Shown here: in pieces, positions 42,832-53,858 of the stretch
Layout of the letters: every line of letters starts with the position of its first letter
How positions within the stretch are numbered: the first letter of the stretch is position 1
DNA from: an uncultured Gemmatimonadales bacterium
Lineage (GTDB): Bacteria > Gemmatimonadota > Gemmatimonadetes > Gemmatimonadales > GWC2-71-9
DNA: 64,000 nt
Direction of reading: 5' to 3'
Assembly: GCA_963795085.1 (NCBI GenBank)
Contig: CAWCFX010000002.1
Location: 1-64,000 of the forward strand
Made by a program: the position numbers and the translations under genes
The notes under the pieces: generated by a model
What the model was told of the DNA's origin: nothing
What the model saw: the letters and a program-made list of their open reading frames with translations, nothing else
Database searches by the model: none

Positions 42832-43342
42832 ACCGAAGGGGCAAGAGGGAAGGGCGGCTGGGCCGGGCGAATCCGGAAATCCGCCGAGCCCGGTTCGCGC
42901 CTACCTGGCCCTGGGGAGCAACCTCGGCGACCGGGCGGCCCACCTGGCGTTCGCGCGCCACGAGCTGGGACTCCTGCCCGGCTCCCGGATCGTGGCGAGT
43001 TCCGCGGTGGAAGAGACGGCACCATTGGGCGGCAGGGTGCAGCCGCCCTATCTTAATCAGATGGTGCTGCTGGAGACCGGCCTGTCCCCCCGGCAGTTGC
43101 TCGATGCCTGCCTCGCCATCGAGGACGCGGCCGGCCGGATCCGGCGCGAAGCCTGGGCGTCGCGCACCCTCGACATTGACATCGTGCGCTATGGGGACGA
43201 GACCATCCGGGAGCCGGGACTGGTCGTTCCGCATCCCGGATTCGCCGAGCGGGAGTTCTGGCAGCGGGAGCTCGCTGAAATCGAACGGGCCCTGAATGCC
43301 GGCTCACTGGCCCACTGGCCCACTGACCCACTGACCCACTGA
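42828..43342 (+). CDS. folK: 2-amino-4-hydroxy-6-hydroxymethyldihydropteridine diphosphokinase (start uncertain, probable frameshift)
   Basis: [23 protein letters not shown] and L.VPHP. Confidence 0.88.
43305..43342. repeat. Octamer repeat (CACTG(G/A)CC)n in the folK tail
   Basis: Same family as the 25136 and 46061 repeats. Confidence 0.75.
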
Positions 43343-44164
43343 ATGGAGCTCATGCCGCCCGAGAAACGACCGCGCAACGTGCTCGACCTTCTCGCCATGA
43401 AAAAGGATGGCCGGAAGATCGTCGTGCTCACGGCCTACGATGCGCTCTTTACGCCGCTCCTGGTGGACGGCGGAGCCGACCTGCTGCTGGTGGGCGACTC
43501 GGTCAACCAGGTCGTGGCGGGCGCCCCCAGCACCCTGAGTGCGACACTGGACCAGATGATCTACCACGCGACGGCGGTGCGCCGGGGCAGCGGCGATCTC
43601 CTGGTCATCGTGGATCTTCCCTTCCTGACCTACCAGGTCTCCATCGAAGAGGCGCTCCGGAATGCCGGCCGGGTCATGCAGGAGACGGGGGCGCACGGGG
43701 TGAAGCTGGAAGGCGGGGTCCACATGGCGGCGACCATCCGGGCGATGGTCGATATCGGAATTCCGGTCATGGGCCACATCGGGCTGACGCCGCAATCGGT
43801 CCACGCCCTGGGTGGCTACCGGGTCCAGGGCCGGGACCCGGCCGCCGCCGACCGGCTCCTGGCGGATGCCCGCGCCATCGAGGAGGCGGGGGCCTTCGGC
43901 CTGGTGCTGGAGCTGGTGCCGGCGCCCCTTTCCGCCCGGATCACCGCGGCGCTGACCATCCCCACGATCGGCATCGGCGCCGGCCCCGATTGTGACGGCC
44001 AGGTCCTGGTGACCCCCGACATGCTGGGTCTCAACCAGCGGTTCAATCCCAAGTTTCTCAAGCGATACGCCGAGCTGGCGGACCTGGTGCGCAAGGCCAC
44101 GGCCGACTTCGCCGCGGACGTCCGGGATGGCCGGTACCCGGACCGGGACCACAGCTTTGAGTGA
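43343..44164 (+). CDS. panB: 3-methyl-2-oxobutanoate hydroxymethyltransferase
   Basis: LTAYD, LVGDS, VKLEGG and GHIGLTPQS. Confidence 0.95.
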   Translation: MELMPPEKRPRNVLDLLAMKKDGRKIVVLTAYDALFTPLLVDGGADLLLVGDSVNQVVAGAPSTLSATLDQMIYHATAVRRGSGDLLVIVDLPFLTYQVSIEEALRNAGRVMQETGAHGVKLEGGVHMAATIRAMVDIGIPVMGHIGLTPQSVHALGGYRVQGRDPAAADRLLADARAIEEAGAFGLVLELVPAPLSARITAALTIPTIGIGAGPDCDGQVLVTPDMLGLNQRFNPKFLKRYAELADLVRKATADFAADVRDGRYPDRDHSFE

Positions 44165-44197
44165 CCATCGTCTCTCCTACCACCGCTCCTGGATTCG

Positions 44198-45073
44198 ATG
44201 CTCCCTCTCGAAACGGTAATGCCGACCTTTGACCGCCCCGGGGAACTCAAGGCCTGGGTCGCCGCGCGAAAAGCGCAGGGCCATCGGGTCGCCCTGGTCC
44301 CCACCATGGGTGCGCTCCACGAGGGGCACCTGCGGCTGGTGGACGAAGCGCGCCGAACTGCCGATGCCGTGGTGATGAGCATCTTCGTCAACCCGCTGCA
44401 GTTCGGTCCGAAAGAAGACCTGGCCCGCTATCCCCGGAACCTGGAGCGTGACTCCGAACTGGCGATGGGGCGGGGGGTGGATGCGCTGTTTGTCCCGGCC
44501 GTCGAAACGATGTACCCACCGGGCGCCGAGGTGCGGGTGGTGCCGGGAGAAACCGGTTCCCGCTGGGAAGGCAAGATGCGGCCGGGCCACTTCGAGGGCG
44601 TCCTGACCGTGGTGGCCAAGCTGTTGCACCTGGTGGGGCCCGACGTGGCGGTCTTCGGCCAGAAGGACATCCAGCAGGCGGTTCTCGTCCGCCGCATGGT
44701 GCGCGACCTGGACTGGGATCTCGAACTGGTGGTCGTCCCCACGGTGCGTGAACCGGACGGCCTGGCCCTGAGCAGCCGGAACATCTATCTCGACGCCGCC
44801 GCCCGGGCCAACGCGCTCGCACTGAGCCGTGCGCTGGCCCGCGCCCACACCCTGTTCAGTTCCGGCGAACGCCAGGCCAGCACGCTGGAGCGGGGCATGC
44901 AGGAAATTCTTCGCGGCCATCCGGGGGTGTCGGTTGAGTACATCGCGATCGCGGAGGCCCAGTCCATGCGGCCGGTGGACGTGGTGGACCAGGCCACGAT
45001 CGTTGCCCTCGCCGCCCGCATCGGCACCACCCGCCTGATCGACAATATCATCCTCGGCCAGGGATTGCGTTGA
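44198..45073 (+). CDS. panC: Pantoate--beta-alanine ligase
   Basis: VPTMGALHEGH, FGQKD and GLALSSRN. Confidence 0.95.
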   Translation: MLPLETVMPTFDRPGELKAWVAARKAQGHRVALVPTMGALHEGHLRLVDEARRTADAVVMSIFVNPLQFGPKEDLARYPRNLERDSELAMGRGVDALFVPAVETMYPPGAEVRVVPGETGSRWEGKMRPGHFEGVLTVVAKLLHLVGPDVAVFGQKDIQQAVLVRRMVRDLDWDLELVVVPTVREPDGLALSSRNIYLDAAARANALALSRALARAHTLFSSGERQASTLERGMQEILRGHPGVSVEYIAIAEAQSMRPVDVVDQATIVALAARIGTTRLIDNIILGQGLR

Positions 45074-45648
45074 GCTTCGAACCCCCGGGCACGCCCAGCG
45101 AACTGCGGCCCACGATTCCCCCATGGGCGGTCATGTCTCCGGCCCGGCTGGCCCACGTGCACCGGGTCGCCCGCCTGGTGTTCGACTGGGCTGAAACGCT
45201 TGGCGTGCCCGATTCCGAGCGGAACCGATGGCTCCGCGCCGTCTGGCTCCACGATGCCTTGCGGGATGCGACGGCCGAGGAGCTGACGCATTGGGCGCCA
45301 TCCGCCACCGGACCGGTCGCATTACGCCACGGGCCGGCAAGCGCGGCCCGTGCCAAGGGGGAAGGCGAAGTGGATCGCGGGGTCCTCGATGCCGTACGCT
45401 ACCACTCGGTGGGACTGGCCGAGTGGGACATGGTGGGGAGGATACTATACTGCGCCGACTACCTGGAGCCGGGCCGGGACCGTGACCGGGTGCGCCGGGA
45501 CGAGCTGGCCGAGCGGCTGCCCAGGGACATTTCCGGGGTGTTGCGCGAGGTGGCCCGCGACCGGGTCGCCCGGCTGGTCAGCAAGGGCTGGCCTATCCCC
45601 GAACCCACCTACCGATTCTGGAACAGCCTCTGCGCCCCACGCGCCTGA
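45070..45648 (+). CDS. HD domain protein (YqeK-like)
   Basis: R..H..RV, LHD, HG, YHS and ADYLEPGR. Confidence 0.8.
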   Translation: MSFEPPGTPSELRPTIPPWAVMSPARLAHVHRVARLVFDWAETLGVPDSERNRWLRAVWLHDALRDATAEELTHWAPSATGPVALRHGPASAARAKGEGEVDRGVLDAVRYHSVGLAEWDMVGRILYCADYLEPGRDRDRVRRDELAERLPRDISGVLREVARDRVARLVSKGWPIPEPTYRFWNSLCAPRA

Positions 45649-45668
45649 TCCTGATTGCCCTGGGCGTC

Positions 45669-46052
45669 GTGACCCTGACCGCAGGCATCGTGGTTGCGGC
45701 CCGGCTCAAGCGCGACCGCGTCGAAGGGCACGCCTACGCTATCCCCTCGGCCCGGGACCGGATCATGGTAGAGGTGCTGAACGGCACCAGCCGGAACGGC
45801 CTGGCCCGTACCGCGACCCGCCTGCTGCGGCGGCAGGGACTGGACGTGGTGTTCTTCGGATCGGCCGACAGCGCGGACCGCTCCGACTCGACCCGGGTGA
45901 TTGCCCGCCGCGAGGATGCCGGTGCCGCGGAGATTGTCGCCAGGGCCCTCGGCGCCGGGTTGGTTGAAGTGGAGCGGGACACGCTGCGGAGGGTGGACGT
46001 GACGGTGATCCTGGGGATGGACTACATACCGGCGGACGAGGTACATCCCTGA
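45669..46052 (+). CDS. LytR C-terminal domain protein (may start slightly upstream)
   Basis: VEVLNGT...GLA and DVTVILG.D. Confidence 0.8.
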   Translation: MTLTAGIVVAARLKRDRVEGHAYAIPSARDRIMVEVLNGTSRNGLARTATRLLRRQGLDVVFFGSADSADRSDSTRVIARREDAGAAEIVARALGAGLVEVERDTLRRVDVTVILGMDYIPADEVHP

Positions 46053-46060
46053 AGTGAGAA

Positions 46061-46222
46061 AGTGGGTCAGTGGGTCAGTGGGTCAGTGGGTCAAAGCGAA
46101 GAGGCCCGTGGGATGCTTCCGCAGCCGCCAACCTCACGTTAACCGTTGGATTCCCACTGTCCCACTGTCCCACTGTCCCACTGTCCCACTGTCCCACTGT
46201 CCCACTGTCCCACTGTCCCACT
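46061..46222. repeat. Opposed octamer arrays (AGTGGGTC)4 / (CCCACTGT)n
   Basis: Between convergent genes, abutting the glycerate kinase stop. Confidence 0.9.
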
Positions 46223-47546
46223 ACCGTACCAGGCCTACCACCACATCCCTCACATTCGTCCCCGTTGGTCCGGTTATCAGGAGCGCCCCGGCGCGCTCCA
46301 GGGCAGGATATGCATCGTGGCGGGCGAGATGACGCTCGGGATGGTGGATCATGGTGGTTGTAGTGCCGTCCACGATGGCGCCGGCCGCGTCGGTCGGCCC
46401 GTCCCGGCCGTCGGTGCCGGCCGCGAGGATGGTGATGCGGTTCCCGGCATCGGCGCCGGCCAGCCGGAGCGCGGCGCTGAGCGCCAGGTCCTGGCAGCGG
46501 CCGCCCACGCCCGCCGGGTTGAGACGCGGGTCCCGCGGCGTGGCCGCACCGTCCATGTCCAGGCGCACCGTGGTCTCGCCGCCCCAGAGGAACCCGCCGG
46601 CTTGACCCCGCGCCGCGGCGTCGAGGAGCAGCTCGGCGATCGCCGAGCCCTGCTCGGTCGCATCTCCCTCCAGCTCCGCCTGAATGTGGCAGGGAATTCC
46701 CCTCGCCTCCGCCTCCCGCGCCGCGCCATTGAGCGCGGTACCGGTGTTGGCGATGACCCGATTTTGAACCCGTGAGAAGCGCGGGTCATCAAACTTGGGG
46801 GTCTCACCCCGAAGCCCCGCGACCACGTCGTCCACATAGCGGCTCACCGACTCCGGGAGGCGAGCCCAGAGCCCGGTCGACGCAAGGAGCCCCCGCAATT
46901 CCGCCGCGCTGGTGGGGTCGGGCGCGCAGGGACCCGAGCCCAGCACGGCCAGGTCATCGCCGGCCACGTCAGAAATGGCGAAGACCCGGACCCGTGCCGG
47001 CGAGAGTCCGAGGGCGAGCCGTCCCCCGCTCCAGAGACTCACCCGCTTCCGGATCTGGTTCATGGTATGGATGTCCACCCCGGCGCCCAGCAGCAACTGG
47101 TGCAGCGCGACGAAGTCTTCCCGGGTCACGCCGGTTACCGGCGTCCCGATAAGGCTGGAGGTCCCCCCGGAGAGCAGCACCCACACCTCGTCGTCGGTGC
47201 GCAGCTCGCGGGTGAGCCGGTCGATCGCCAGCGCCGCTTCGTGAGAGCGGGTGCCGGGGACCGGATGGTCTCCGGTGAGGTAATGGATACCGGGAAGGTG
47301 ACGGGCCGGGCCCGGCGCCGGGCTTACCACCACGGCGCCGGTGACCGGCTTTCCGCGGGAGCGGCTCCATTCCATGGCGGTGTCCGCCATCGCCAGGCTG
47401 GCCTTACCGGTGGACACGAGGTAGAGCCGGCCGGCGGCGATCGCCGGCGTACCCTCCAGCGCGGCCACCAGGGCAGGGGCGGGGTCGGCCGCCGCGACCG
47501 CGGCTCGAAAAAGAGCTTCTACTGTCTCCCGGGATGTCTCCGCCAT
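46221..47546 (-). CDS. Glycerate kinase (MOFRL family)
   Basis: GKA..MA, HPVP, LSGG.SSL, GGETTV, GGRCQ, GTDGRDG and TGPTGTNV. Confidence 0.9.
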   Translation of the reverse strand: MAETSRETVEALFRAAVAAADPAPALVAALEGTPAIAAGRLYLVSTGKASLAMADTAMEWSRSRGKPVTGAVVVSPAPGPARHLPGIHYLTGDHPVPGTRSHEAALAIDRLTRELRTDDEVWVLLSGGTSSLIGTPVTGVTREDFVALHQLLLGAGVDIHTMNQIRKRVSLWSGGRLALGLSPARVRVFAISDVAGDDLAVLGSGPCAPDPTSAAELRGLLASTGLWARLPESVSRYVDDVVAGLRGETPKFDDPRFSRVQNRVIANTGTALNGAAREAEARGIPCHIQAELEGDATEQGSAIAELLLDAAARGQAGGFLWGGETTVRLDMDGAATPRDPRLNPAGVGGRCQDLALSAALRLAGADAGNRITILAAGTDGRDGPTDAAGAIVDGTTTTMIHHPERHLARHDAYPALERAGALLITGPTGTNVRDVVVGLVR

Positions 47547-47598
47547 CCGGCATATATTCCCTGTCCGAGACGCCAACGCAATAGGACGTGATGAACTC

Positions 47599-48573
47599 AT
47601 GAGCGACAGGCCCGTGGTGGTGGTCACCCGACGGCTGCCGGAAGCGGTCGAGAGCCGGCTGGCCCGGCACTTCACCGCCCGTTTCAACCACGATGACCAC
47701 CCCTTCACCCGGGATGAACTGCGGGGCGCGCTGGCCGCGGCGGACGGGGTGTTGTGTACCGTGACCGATCCGTTCGATGCGAGCGTGCTCGGCGTGGAAC
47801 CGCTGCGGGCCCGCATCCTCGCCAACTATGGGGTTGGCCATAACCACATCGATCTCGACCGGGCCCGGGCCCGGGGCATCGTGGTGACCAACACGCCCGG
47901 CGTGCTCACCGAGGCCACGGCGGACCTCGCCATCGCGCTGATGCTGATGGTGGCGCGCCGACTGGGGGAGGGCGAGCGGGAACTCCGGCGCGGGGATTGG
48001 TCCGGCTGGCGCCCCACCCACCTGGTGGGGCAGGACGTTGCCGGGCGGACGCTGGGGATCATCGGGCTGGGACGCATCGGGCAGGCGGTGGCGCGCCGGG
48101 CGGCGGGCGGCTTCGGGATGACGGTGCTGAGCTACATGCCGAGGCCGCTGCCCGGGACGCAGGCGCAGGCGCTGGGCGTGACGCAGGTGTCCCTGGCCCG
48201 CCTGCTGGCCGAGTCGGATTTCGTCTCGATCCATGCACCCGCGACGCCGGAGACCAGGGGAATCATCAGCCAGGAGCGGCTGGAGCAGATGAAGGAGGGC
48301 GCCTACCTGATCAACACCGCCCGCGGCGACCTGGTGGACCAGGACGCGCTGGTTGCGGCGCTGCGCGCGGGACGGATAGCCGGCGCCGGGCTGGATGTGT
48401 ACGCGGATGAGCCGGTCGTTCCCCCCGAACTCACGGCCCTGGAGAACGTGGTGCTCCTCCCGCACCTCGGGAGCGCCACGCACTCGGCTCGGGTCGCCAT
48501 GGGGATGAAGGCGGTGGCGAATCTCGAAGCGTGGTTTGCGGGCACGAACCCCCCGGACCGGGTGGGTGAATAG
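47599..48573 (+). CDS. D-glycerate dehydrogenase / glyoxylate reductase
   Basis: NTPGVLTEATAD, GLGRIG, INTARG and LPHLGSAT. Confidence 0.9.
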   Translation: MSDRPVVVVTRRLPEAVESRLARHFTARFNHDDHPFTRDELRGALAAADGVLCTVTDPFDASVLGVEPLRARILANYGVGHNHIDLDRARARGIVVTNTPGVLTEATADLAIALMLMVARRLGEGERELRRGDWSGWRPTHLVGQDVAGRTLGIIGLGRIGQAVARRAAGGFGMTVLSYMPRPLPGTQAQALGVTQVSLARLLAESDFVSIHAPATPETRGIISQERLEQMKEGAYLINTARGDLVDQDALVAALRAGRIAGAGLDVYADEPVVPPELTALENVVLLPHLGSATHSARVAMGMKAVANLEAWFAGTNPPDRVGE

Positions 48574-48628
48574 CAGATTCCAGTGCTTCGACCCGGTCAG
48601 CGGCTCCCGACAACCGCATGTCTGGCGG

Positions 48629-49075
48629 CTATTTTACCCTGAACTCCTGGTTACCCACCTCCCGGCCATCCAGCGTGATGACCACCCGGTACTTGCCTGC
48701 CGGCCAGGCGGTCGGCTTGGCAATGTGGAACTCGGTGGAAGCGGGGCCGGTGGCCGCCACCCGCTGCTCCGAATGTTCCACGACCTGCCCGTCCTCGAAG
48801 GTCCAGTGGGCGGTGAGAAGCCCGCTGCCGGAGCCGGTGGTCGCCACCGAGGCGTAGATCGTGTCGCGGGTCGTGAAGTCGTCGGTGCTGGTCGTGATTC
48901 GCTTGTCGGGTCCGATGGCCCGGCCCAGGGAGACGCTGGAGACCGCGAGCGGAAGGGCGGCGCCGGGTGGGCTGGAGTCCGCGACCGGCGGGGCGCCCTT
49001 GTCCTTCTTGCAGGCGGCGGCCAGGAGCGTCGTGGCTGCAAGGGCCAGCAGCGCGGTCCGGAACGGCGATCTCAT
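48629..49075 (-). CDS. Hypothetical lipoprotein
   Basis: Signal peptide ending AAAC; WPAGKYRV beta-sandwich-like C-terminus. Confidence 0.7.
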   Translation of the reverse strand: MRSPFRTALLALAATTLLAAACKKDKGAPPVADSSPPGAALPLAVSSVSLGRAIGPDKRITTSTDDFTTRDTIYASVATTGSGSGLLTAHWTFEDGQVVEHSEQRVAATGPASTEFHIAKPTAWPAGKYRVVITLDGREVGNQEFRVK

Positions 49076-49371
49076 GACGTGCCTTTCGACGGGGTATCGG
49101 CGTCGGGAGACGGGGTATCGGCGTCGGGAATCGTAAGAACCTGGCCTGGATAGATCAGGTCCGGGTCCTTGATGGTCGAGCGGTTCGCCTCGAAGAGCCG
49201 GGGCCATAAGGCGGCATTTCCCCACAACCGCCGGGCGATCCGGGAGAGGCTGTCTCCGGACATCACCGTGTAGGTGGTGGGACCCGGCCTCGACGCCGGC
49301 TCGGGCGCGGTCGAACTGCTCCCCCCCTGCACATCCGAGAAGTCCGCAGTTGGTTTCTTGCCATGGTCCAT
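49072..49371 (-). CDS. LysM domain protein
   Basis: YTV.SGDSLS.IA...IKDPDLIYPGQVL.IP. Confidence 0.9.
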   Translation of the reverse strand: MDHGKKPTADFSDVQGGSSSTAPEPASRPGPTTYTVMSGDSLSRIARRLWGNAALWPRLFEANRSTIKDPDLIYPGQVLTIPDADTPSPDADTPSKGTS

Positions 49372-49572
49372 GGGGGTCACTCCTGGTTGCAAGTCTTTCC
49401 AGCTTTACACGAATGACGTATTGTTGGTCTATTCTCCCCCGGGCACAGTGATAGCGCTCACCCCGTTCGCATTCTCGGCCGGGAGAGGAGCGGACCTGAG
49501 GGGTTCCATAACCAGCCAAAGCCGGCCACGGCTCCACCAGTCTCTACCCCCAACCTCTCTCCGGGTTCCTTC

Positions 49573-50766
49573 ATGAGCAGCCGCGTGCGACTCTCGGTCA
49601 TGATGTTTCTCCAGTACTTCATCTGGGGCGTGTGGTTCGTCACCATGGGGACCTACCTGCTCCAGACCCTGCACTTCACGGGTCAGCAGGTGGGGCTGGC
49701 CTACGGCGCCACGGCGATCGCCGCATTGGCCTCGCCGTTCTTCATCGGTATCGTCGCCGACCGGTTCTTTGCCTCGGAGAAGCTGCTGGCCATGCTGCAC
49801 CTGGCCGGCGGCGTGCTGCTCTGGTACGTCTCCACCCTGACGACATTCGCGACGTTCTACCCGGCGCTCATCGCGTACGCGCTCTGTTACATGCCGACCC
49901 TCTCCCTTACCAATTCCATCGCCTTTCACCATGTCGAGGATCCCGCCAGGGATTTCCCCTTTATCCGGGTTCTGGGCACCATCGGGTGGATCGTGGCCGG
50001 CGTGCTGGTGGGAAAGGTGCTCCACGCCGATGCCCAGGCCACGCCCATGCGGATTGCGGCCGGGGCCTCGATCCTGATGGGGCTGTACGCCCTGATGCTC
50101 CCGGCCACGCCTCCCCGCTCGGCCGGGGCCCCGTTCAGCGTGCGGGATGCGCTGGGGCTCGACGCGCTGCAGCTGCTCAAGGACCGCTCGTTCGCGATCT
50201 TCGTCTTCGGGTCGTTTCTCCTCTGTGTTCCCCTGCAATTCTATTACAGTTTCGCGAATGCGTTTCTGAACGAGATCCGGGCTCCCGATCCGGCCTTCAT
50301 CCAGACATTCGGGCAGATGTCCGAGATCATCTTCATGCTGGCGCTGCCGTTCCTGCTCCGCAAGTATGGCATCAAGACCATCATGCTCGCCGGGATGCTG
50401 GCCTGGTCGCTGCGCTATTTTGCCTTTGGGTACGGCGACAGCGGAAACGGCATGTGGCTGATCTACCTGGGTATCATCCTGCACGGGATCTGTTACGACT
50501 TCTTCTTCGTGAGCGGCCAGATCTATACCGACGCACAGGCGGGCCCCAAAGTCCGCGCGGCGGCCCAGGGCTTTCTCAATTTCGTGACCAACGGACTGGG
50601 ATACATGATCGGCGCCTACATCTCGGGCCGCGTGGTGCAGGCCAACCTGGTCGTCAGCGGCGCCCACGATTGGCGGGCCATCTGGATGGTGCCCGCCATC
50701 GGGGCCGGGGTAATATTCCTGGTGTTCGCGGTCGCATTCCGGCCGAAGCCGGCCGCGAGCAGGTAG
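49573..50766 (+). CDS. MFS nucleoside:H+ symporter family permease
   Basis: [20 protein letters not shown] and HGICYDFF. Confidence 0.88.
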   Translation: MSSRVRLSVMMFLQYFIWGVWFVTMGTYLLQTLHFTGQQVGLAYGATAIAALASPFFIGIVADRFFASEKLLAMLHLAGGVLLWYVSTLTTFATFYPALIAYALCYMPTLSLTNSIAFHHVEDPARDFPFIRVLGTIGWIVAGVLVGKVLHADAQATPMRIAAGASILMGLYALMLPATPPRSAGAPFSVRDALGLDALQLLKDRSFAIFVFGSFLLCVPLQFYYSFANAFLNEIRAPDPAFIQTFGQMSEIIFMLALPFLLRKYGIKTIMLAGMLAWSLRYFAFGYGDSGNGMWLIYLGIILHGICYDFFFVSGQIYTDAQAGPKVRAAAQGFLNFVTNGLGYMIGAYISGRVVQANLVVSGAHDWRAIWMVPAIGAGVIFLVFAVAFRPKPAASR

Positions 50767-50811
50767 GGGTGTGCTGGCGCCCCCTGGCCCCTTTCTCCCC
50801 TGGAGTTCCCC

Positions 50812-52419
50812 GTGATCCTTGCGGCTCTACTGCTGATGGTCGTGCCCCTGGGCGGCGACTCCACCGTAATCGCCATTATTCCCCGCCCCGTGAGCGTGAC
50901 GGTGGGCCAGGGGCACTTCACGATCTCTGACCGCACAGCGATCTGGACCGACAGCGCCTCGGCGCCGCTCGGTCAGCAGCTCCGGGATTACCTCCGGCCG
51001 GCGACCGGGTTCGACCTGCCGGTCCGGTCCGGCTCTCCCGGCGCCGGCGCCATTGTCGTACGTCGTGACCCCGCGCTCGCCCGGCTGGGCGCCGAAGGTT
51101 ACCGGCTGGAGGTGCAACCGGGGCAGGTTACGATCTCCGGCAGCGCCGACGCCGGCCTCTTCTACGGAATCCAGAGCCTTCGCCAGCTCCTGCCGGCCGC
51201 GATTTTTCGGGAGGCCGCGGTGGCGGGCGCTGCCTGGACCATTCCGGCGGTGGTGATCGAGGATTACCCGCGTTTCAAATGGCGGGGGGCGCACCTCGAC
51301 GTCTCCCGCCACTTCATGCCCCGTGAGTTCGTCAAGAAGTACATCGATCTCCTCGCGCTCCACAAGATGAACTCCTTCCACTGGCACCTGACCGAAGACC
51401 AGGGCTGGCGGATCGAGATCCGGAAGTATCCCCGCCTCACCGAGGTCGGGGGCTGGCGGAACGAGACCCTGGTTGGCCGCTTTACGAGTGACCCGGCCAG
51501 GCGGGTTTTCGATGGCCAGCGGCACGGCGGGTATTACACCCAGGAGGATATTCGCGAGATCGTCGCGTACGCCGCGGTCCGCCATGTCAATATCGTCCCC
51601 GAGATCGAGATGCCGGGGCACGCCCAGGCCGCGATCTCGGCGTATCCCGGCCTGGGCAACACCGGCCGGCAGGTCCCGGTCATGACCATCTGGGGCGTGA
51701 GTGAGAACATCCTCAACCCCGAGGAGTCCACCATCCGGTTCATGCAGGACGTCCTGGCCGAGGTGCTGGAACTCTTTCCCGGTCCGTACATTCACATCGG
51801 GGGCGACGAGGCACCCAAGACCCAGTGGAAAAACAGCCCCCGGGCCCAGGCCCGGATGCGGGAACTGGGGCTCCGAGACGAGGACGAGTTACAGAGCTGG
51901 TTTATCCGGCGGATGGATACGTTTCTCACCGAGCGGGGGCGCCGGTTGGTGGGGTGGGACGAAATCCTGGAGGGAGGGCTGGCTCCCAACGCAACGGTGA
52001 TGTCGTGGCGGGGGATCAGCGGAGGGATCGCCGCGGCCCGGGCGGGACACGACGTGGTCATGGCCCCCGGCAGCCACACCTACTTCGATCACTACCAGTC
52101 CCAGGTCCGGGAACGGGAACCGATCGCCATCGGCGGCTTCACGCCGGTCGAGAAGGTCTATGGGTTCGATCCGGTGCCCGATTCCCTCGAGCCGAAGTAC
52201 CGGCAGCACGTCCTCGGCGCCCAGGGACAGGTGTGGACCGAGTATATCAAGACTCCAAAGCATGTCGAGTACATGGCGTTTCCGCGAATCAGCGCGCTGG
52301 CGGAAGTGCTCTGGACGCCGGTGGAGCGAAAGAGCTATCCGGATTTCAGCCGGCGCCTGCCCGCGCATCTCGACCGGCTGCGGGCGCTGGACGTCAACTA
52401 CCGGCCAGAGGGGCCATAG
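50812..52419 (+). CDS. Beta-N-acetylhexosaminidase (GH20)
   Basis: WRG.HLDVSRHF, EIEMPGH and HIGGDE. Confidence 0.93.
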   Translation: MILAALLLMVVPLGGDSTVIAIIPRPVSVTVGQGHFTISDRTAIWTDSASAPLGQQLRDYLRPATGFDLPVRSGSPGAGAIVVRRDPALARLGAEGYRLEVQPGQVTISGSADAGLFYGIQSLRQLLPAAIFREAAVAGAAWTIPAVVIEDYPRFKWRGAHLDVSRHFMPREFVKKYIDLLALHKMNSFHWHLTEDQGWRIEIRKYPRLTEVGGWRNETLVGRFTSDPARRVFDGQRHGGYYTQEDIREIVAYAAVRHVNIVPEIEMPGHAQAAISAYPGLGNTGRQVPVMTIWGVSENILNPEESTIRFMQDVLAEVLELFPGPYIHIGGDEAPKTQWKNSPRAQARMRELGLRDEDELQSWFIRRMDTFLTERGRRLVGWDEILEGGLAPNATVMSWRGISGGIAAARAGHDVVMAPGSHTYFDHYQSQVREREPIAIGGFTPVEKVYGFDPVPDSLEPKYRQHVLGAQGQVWTEYIKTPKHVEYMAFPRISALAEVLWTPVERKSYPDFSRRLPAHLDRLRALDVNYRPEGP

Positions 52420-52467
52420 GCGGGAACTCCTCTATCACCCATCGGGCAGTGATTCTCTGGTCAGAAG

Positions 52468-53742
52468 CTAACGGCTGGCGGTGGACGGCCTTTTCCTGTC
52501 GCCGGGCTTCCAGGTGCCTTTCGCCACCGCGGGCATGAAGGTCTCGAGGCCGGGAGGCGGGAAGTCCAGAGTCCGTCCGGTTTCGGCCGACTGATAGGCC
52601 GTCATCAGGAGCCGCACTACCTCAAACCCGTCATCCAGGGTCAGCAGGGGTTCTTCCTTGCCGAGGAAGACCCGGACGAAATGGCGATCTTCCGCCTCGT
52701 ATCCATAGGCGACGGGCTCCTGGGCGACCACCGGCATCAATCCCATCTCCGCGTTCTGTTTTTCCACCAGGTCCTCGCCGGCCTTGCCCCGGACTTCGCG
52801 GCTGAAAAACAGCTTGAGCTCGCTGTCCAGGGTATTCCAGCTCATGGAGTACTCCGGCCCCATCAACTCGCCGGAAAGCCGGAGGCCCGCCCCGACAAAG
52901 CTCCATGAGGTCGAGGCTTCGCCGATCAGGGTGTGTCCTTCGGCGTCCTCAAACTCGATGGTGACGCTGGCGAAATCTTCAGACGGCGCCTTCGTGTAGT
53001 CCACCGCTTTGCCCATCGTGTCGGCCAGCTGCTTCGCGTACTCCGGGCGGGTCCACTTGAGGCTGGCGATTCGGCCGCTCACCCGGACCGGCCGGATGCT
53101 GTCCCGGCGGTCTCCCGGCTTGGTGAGGAGGAAGCGGACCAATTCGACCGAGTGGCACATCATGTCGTTGAGCACGCCGCCACCCTGGAGGTTCCCCTGC
53201 CAGAACCAGGGGGCATGCGGCCCGCTGTGTTCCTCCGCTGCCCGCGCCAGGTACGGGCGGCCGGTGGTCGCCGCGCCGCGGGCCCAGATCAGCTCCCGCC
53301 CCCGGGTCACGGCGGGCGAGAAAAGCTGGTTCTCCAGGTAGCCGTGGCGGAGTCCGGCGCTGGTCACCAGGTCCCGCACGGTGATCGCTTCCGCGAGGTT
53401 CCGGGCCAGGGGTTTTTCGCAGGCCAGGCCGGCCAGGGCTCCCTTGCCCCGGGTAATCGTATCCACGATCTCTTCCACGTTTTCGATCCGGGTGTGGTTG
53501 GGGCCACACAGCCAGATGGCGTCAATGGAGGGATCCGCCACCATGGCGGCGATGGAGGCAAAGGCCCTGGCATCGCCAACGTCGAGGGAGCGCGCAAAGG
53601 CGGCGGCATCGGCCGCACGCCCGGCGTTCGGGCTCCAGATGCCCCGGACATCCGCGTCCCGCACCCCGGTGAAGGCCTGGATGTGAAACCGGGTGTTGAA
53701 CCCGCTTCCGATGAACCCGACGCCGAGTCGCTTACCGGGCAT
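52468..53742 (-). CDS. Gfo/Idh/MocA family oxidoreductase
   Basis: GFIGSG, CEKPLA and GGG.L.DM.CH. Confidence 0.88.
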   Translation of the reverse strand: MPGKRLGVGFIGSGFNTRFHIQAFTGVRDADVRGIWSPNAGRAADAAAFARSLDVGDARAFASIAAMVADPSIDAIWLCGPNHTRIENVEEIVDTITRGKGALAGLACEKPLARNLAEAITVRDLVTSAGLRHGYLENQLFSPAVTRGRELIWARGAATTGRPYLARAAEEHSGPHAPWFWQGNLQGGGVLNDMMCHSVELVRFLLTKPGDRRDSIRPVRVSGRIASLKWTRPEYAKQLADTMGKAVDYTKAPSEDFASVTIEFEDAEGHTLIGEASTSWSFVGAGLRLSGELMGPEYSMSWNTLDSELKLFFSREVRGKAGEDLVEKQNAEMGLMPVVAQEPVAYGYEAEDRHFVRVFLGKEEPLLTLDDGFEVVRLLMTAYQSAETGRTLDFPPPGLETFMPAVAKGTWKPGDRKRPSTASR

Positions 53743-53858
53743 GTAGAGGTCCTTGAGGTGTGTAGAGATCGGTTGGCAGCCTGCACGGGGGAAGACAAAG
53801 CCCAACTCCTCACCGGGAACGCCGTGATATAGGAGCCCGTTCCCCCGCCTGGAATTTC

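Noticed and set aside
49088..49130. 21-bp tandem duplication in the LysM gene tail
   Set aside because: In-frame local duplication (PDADTPS x2) with no wider pattern
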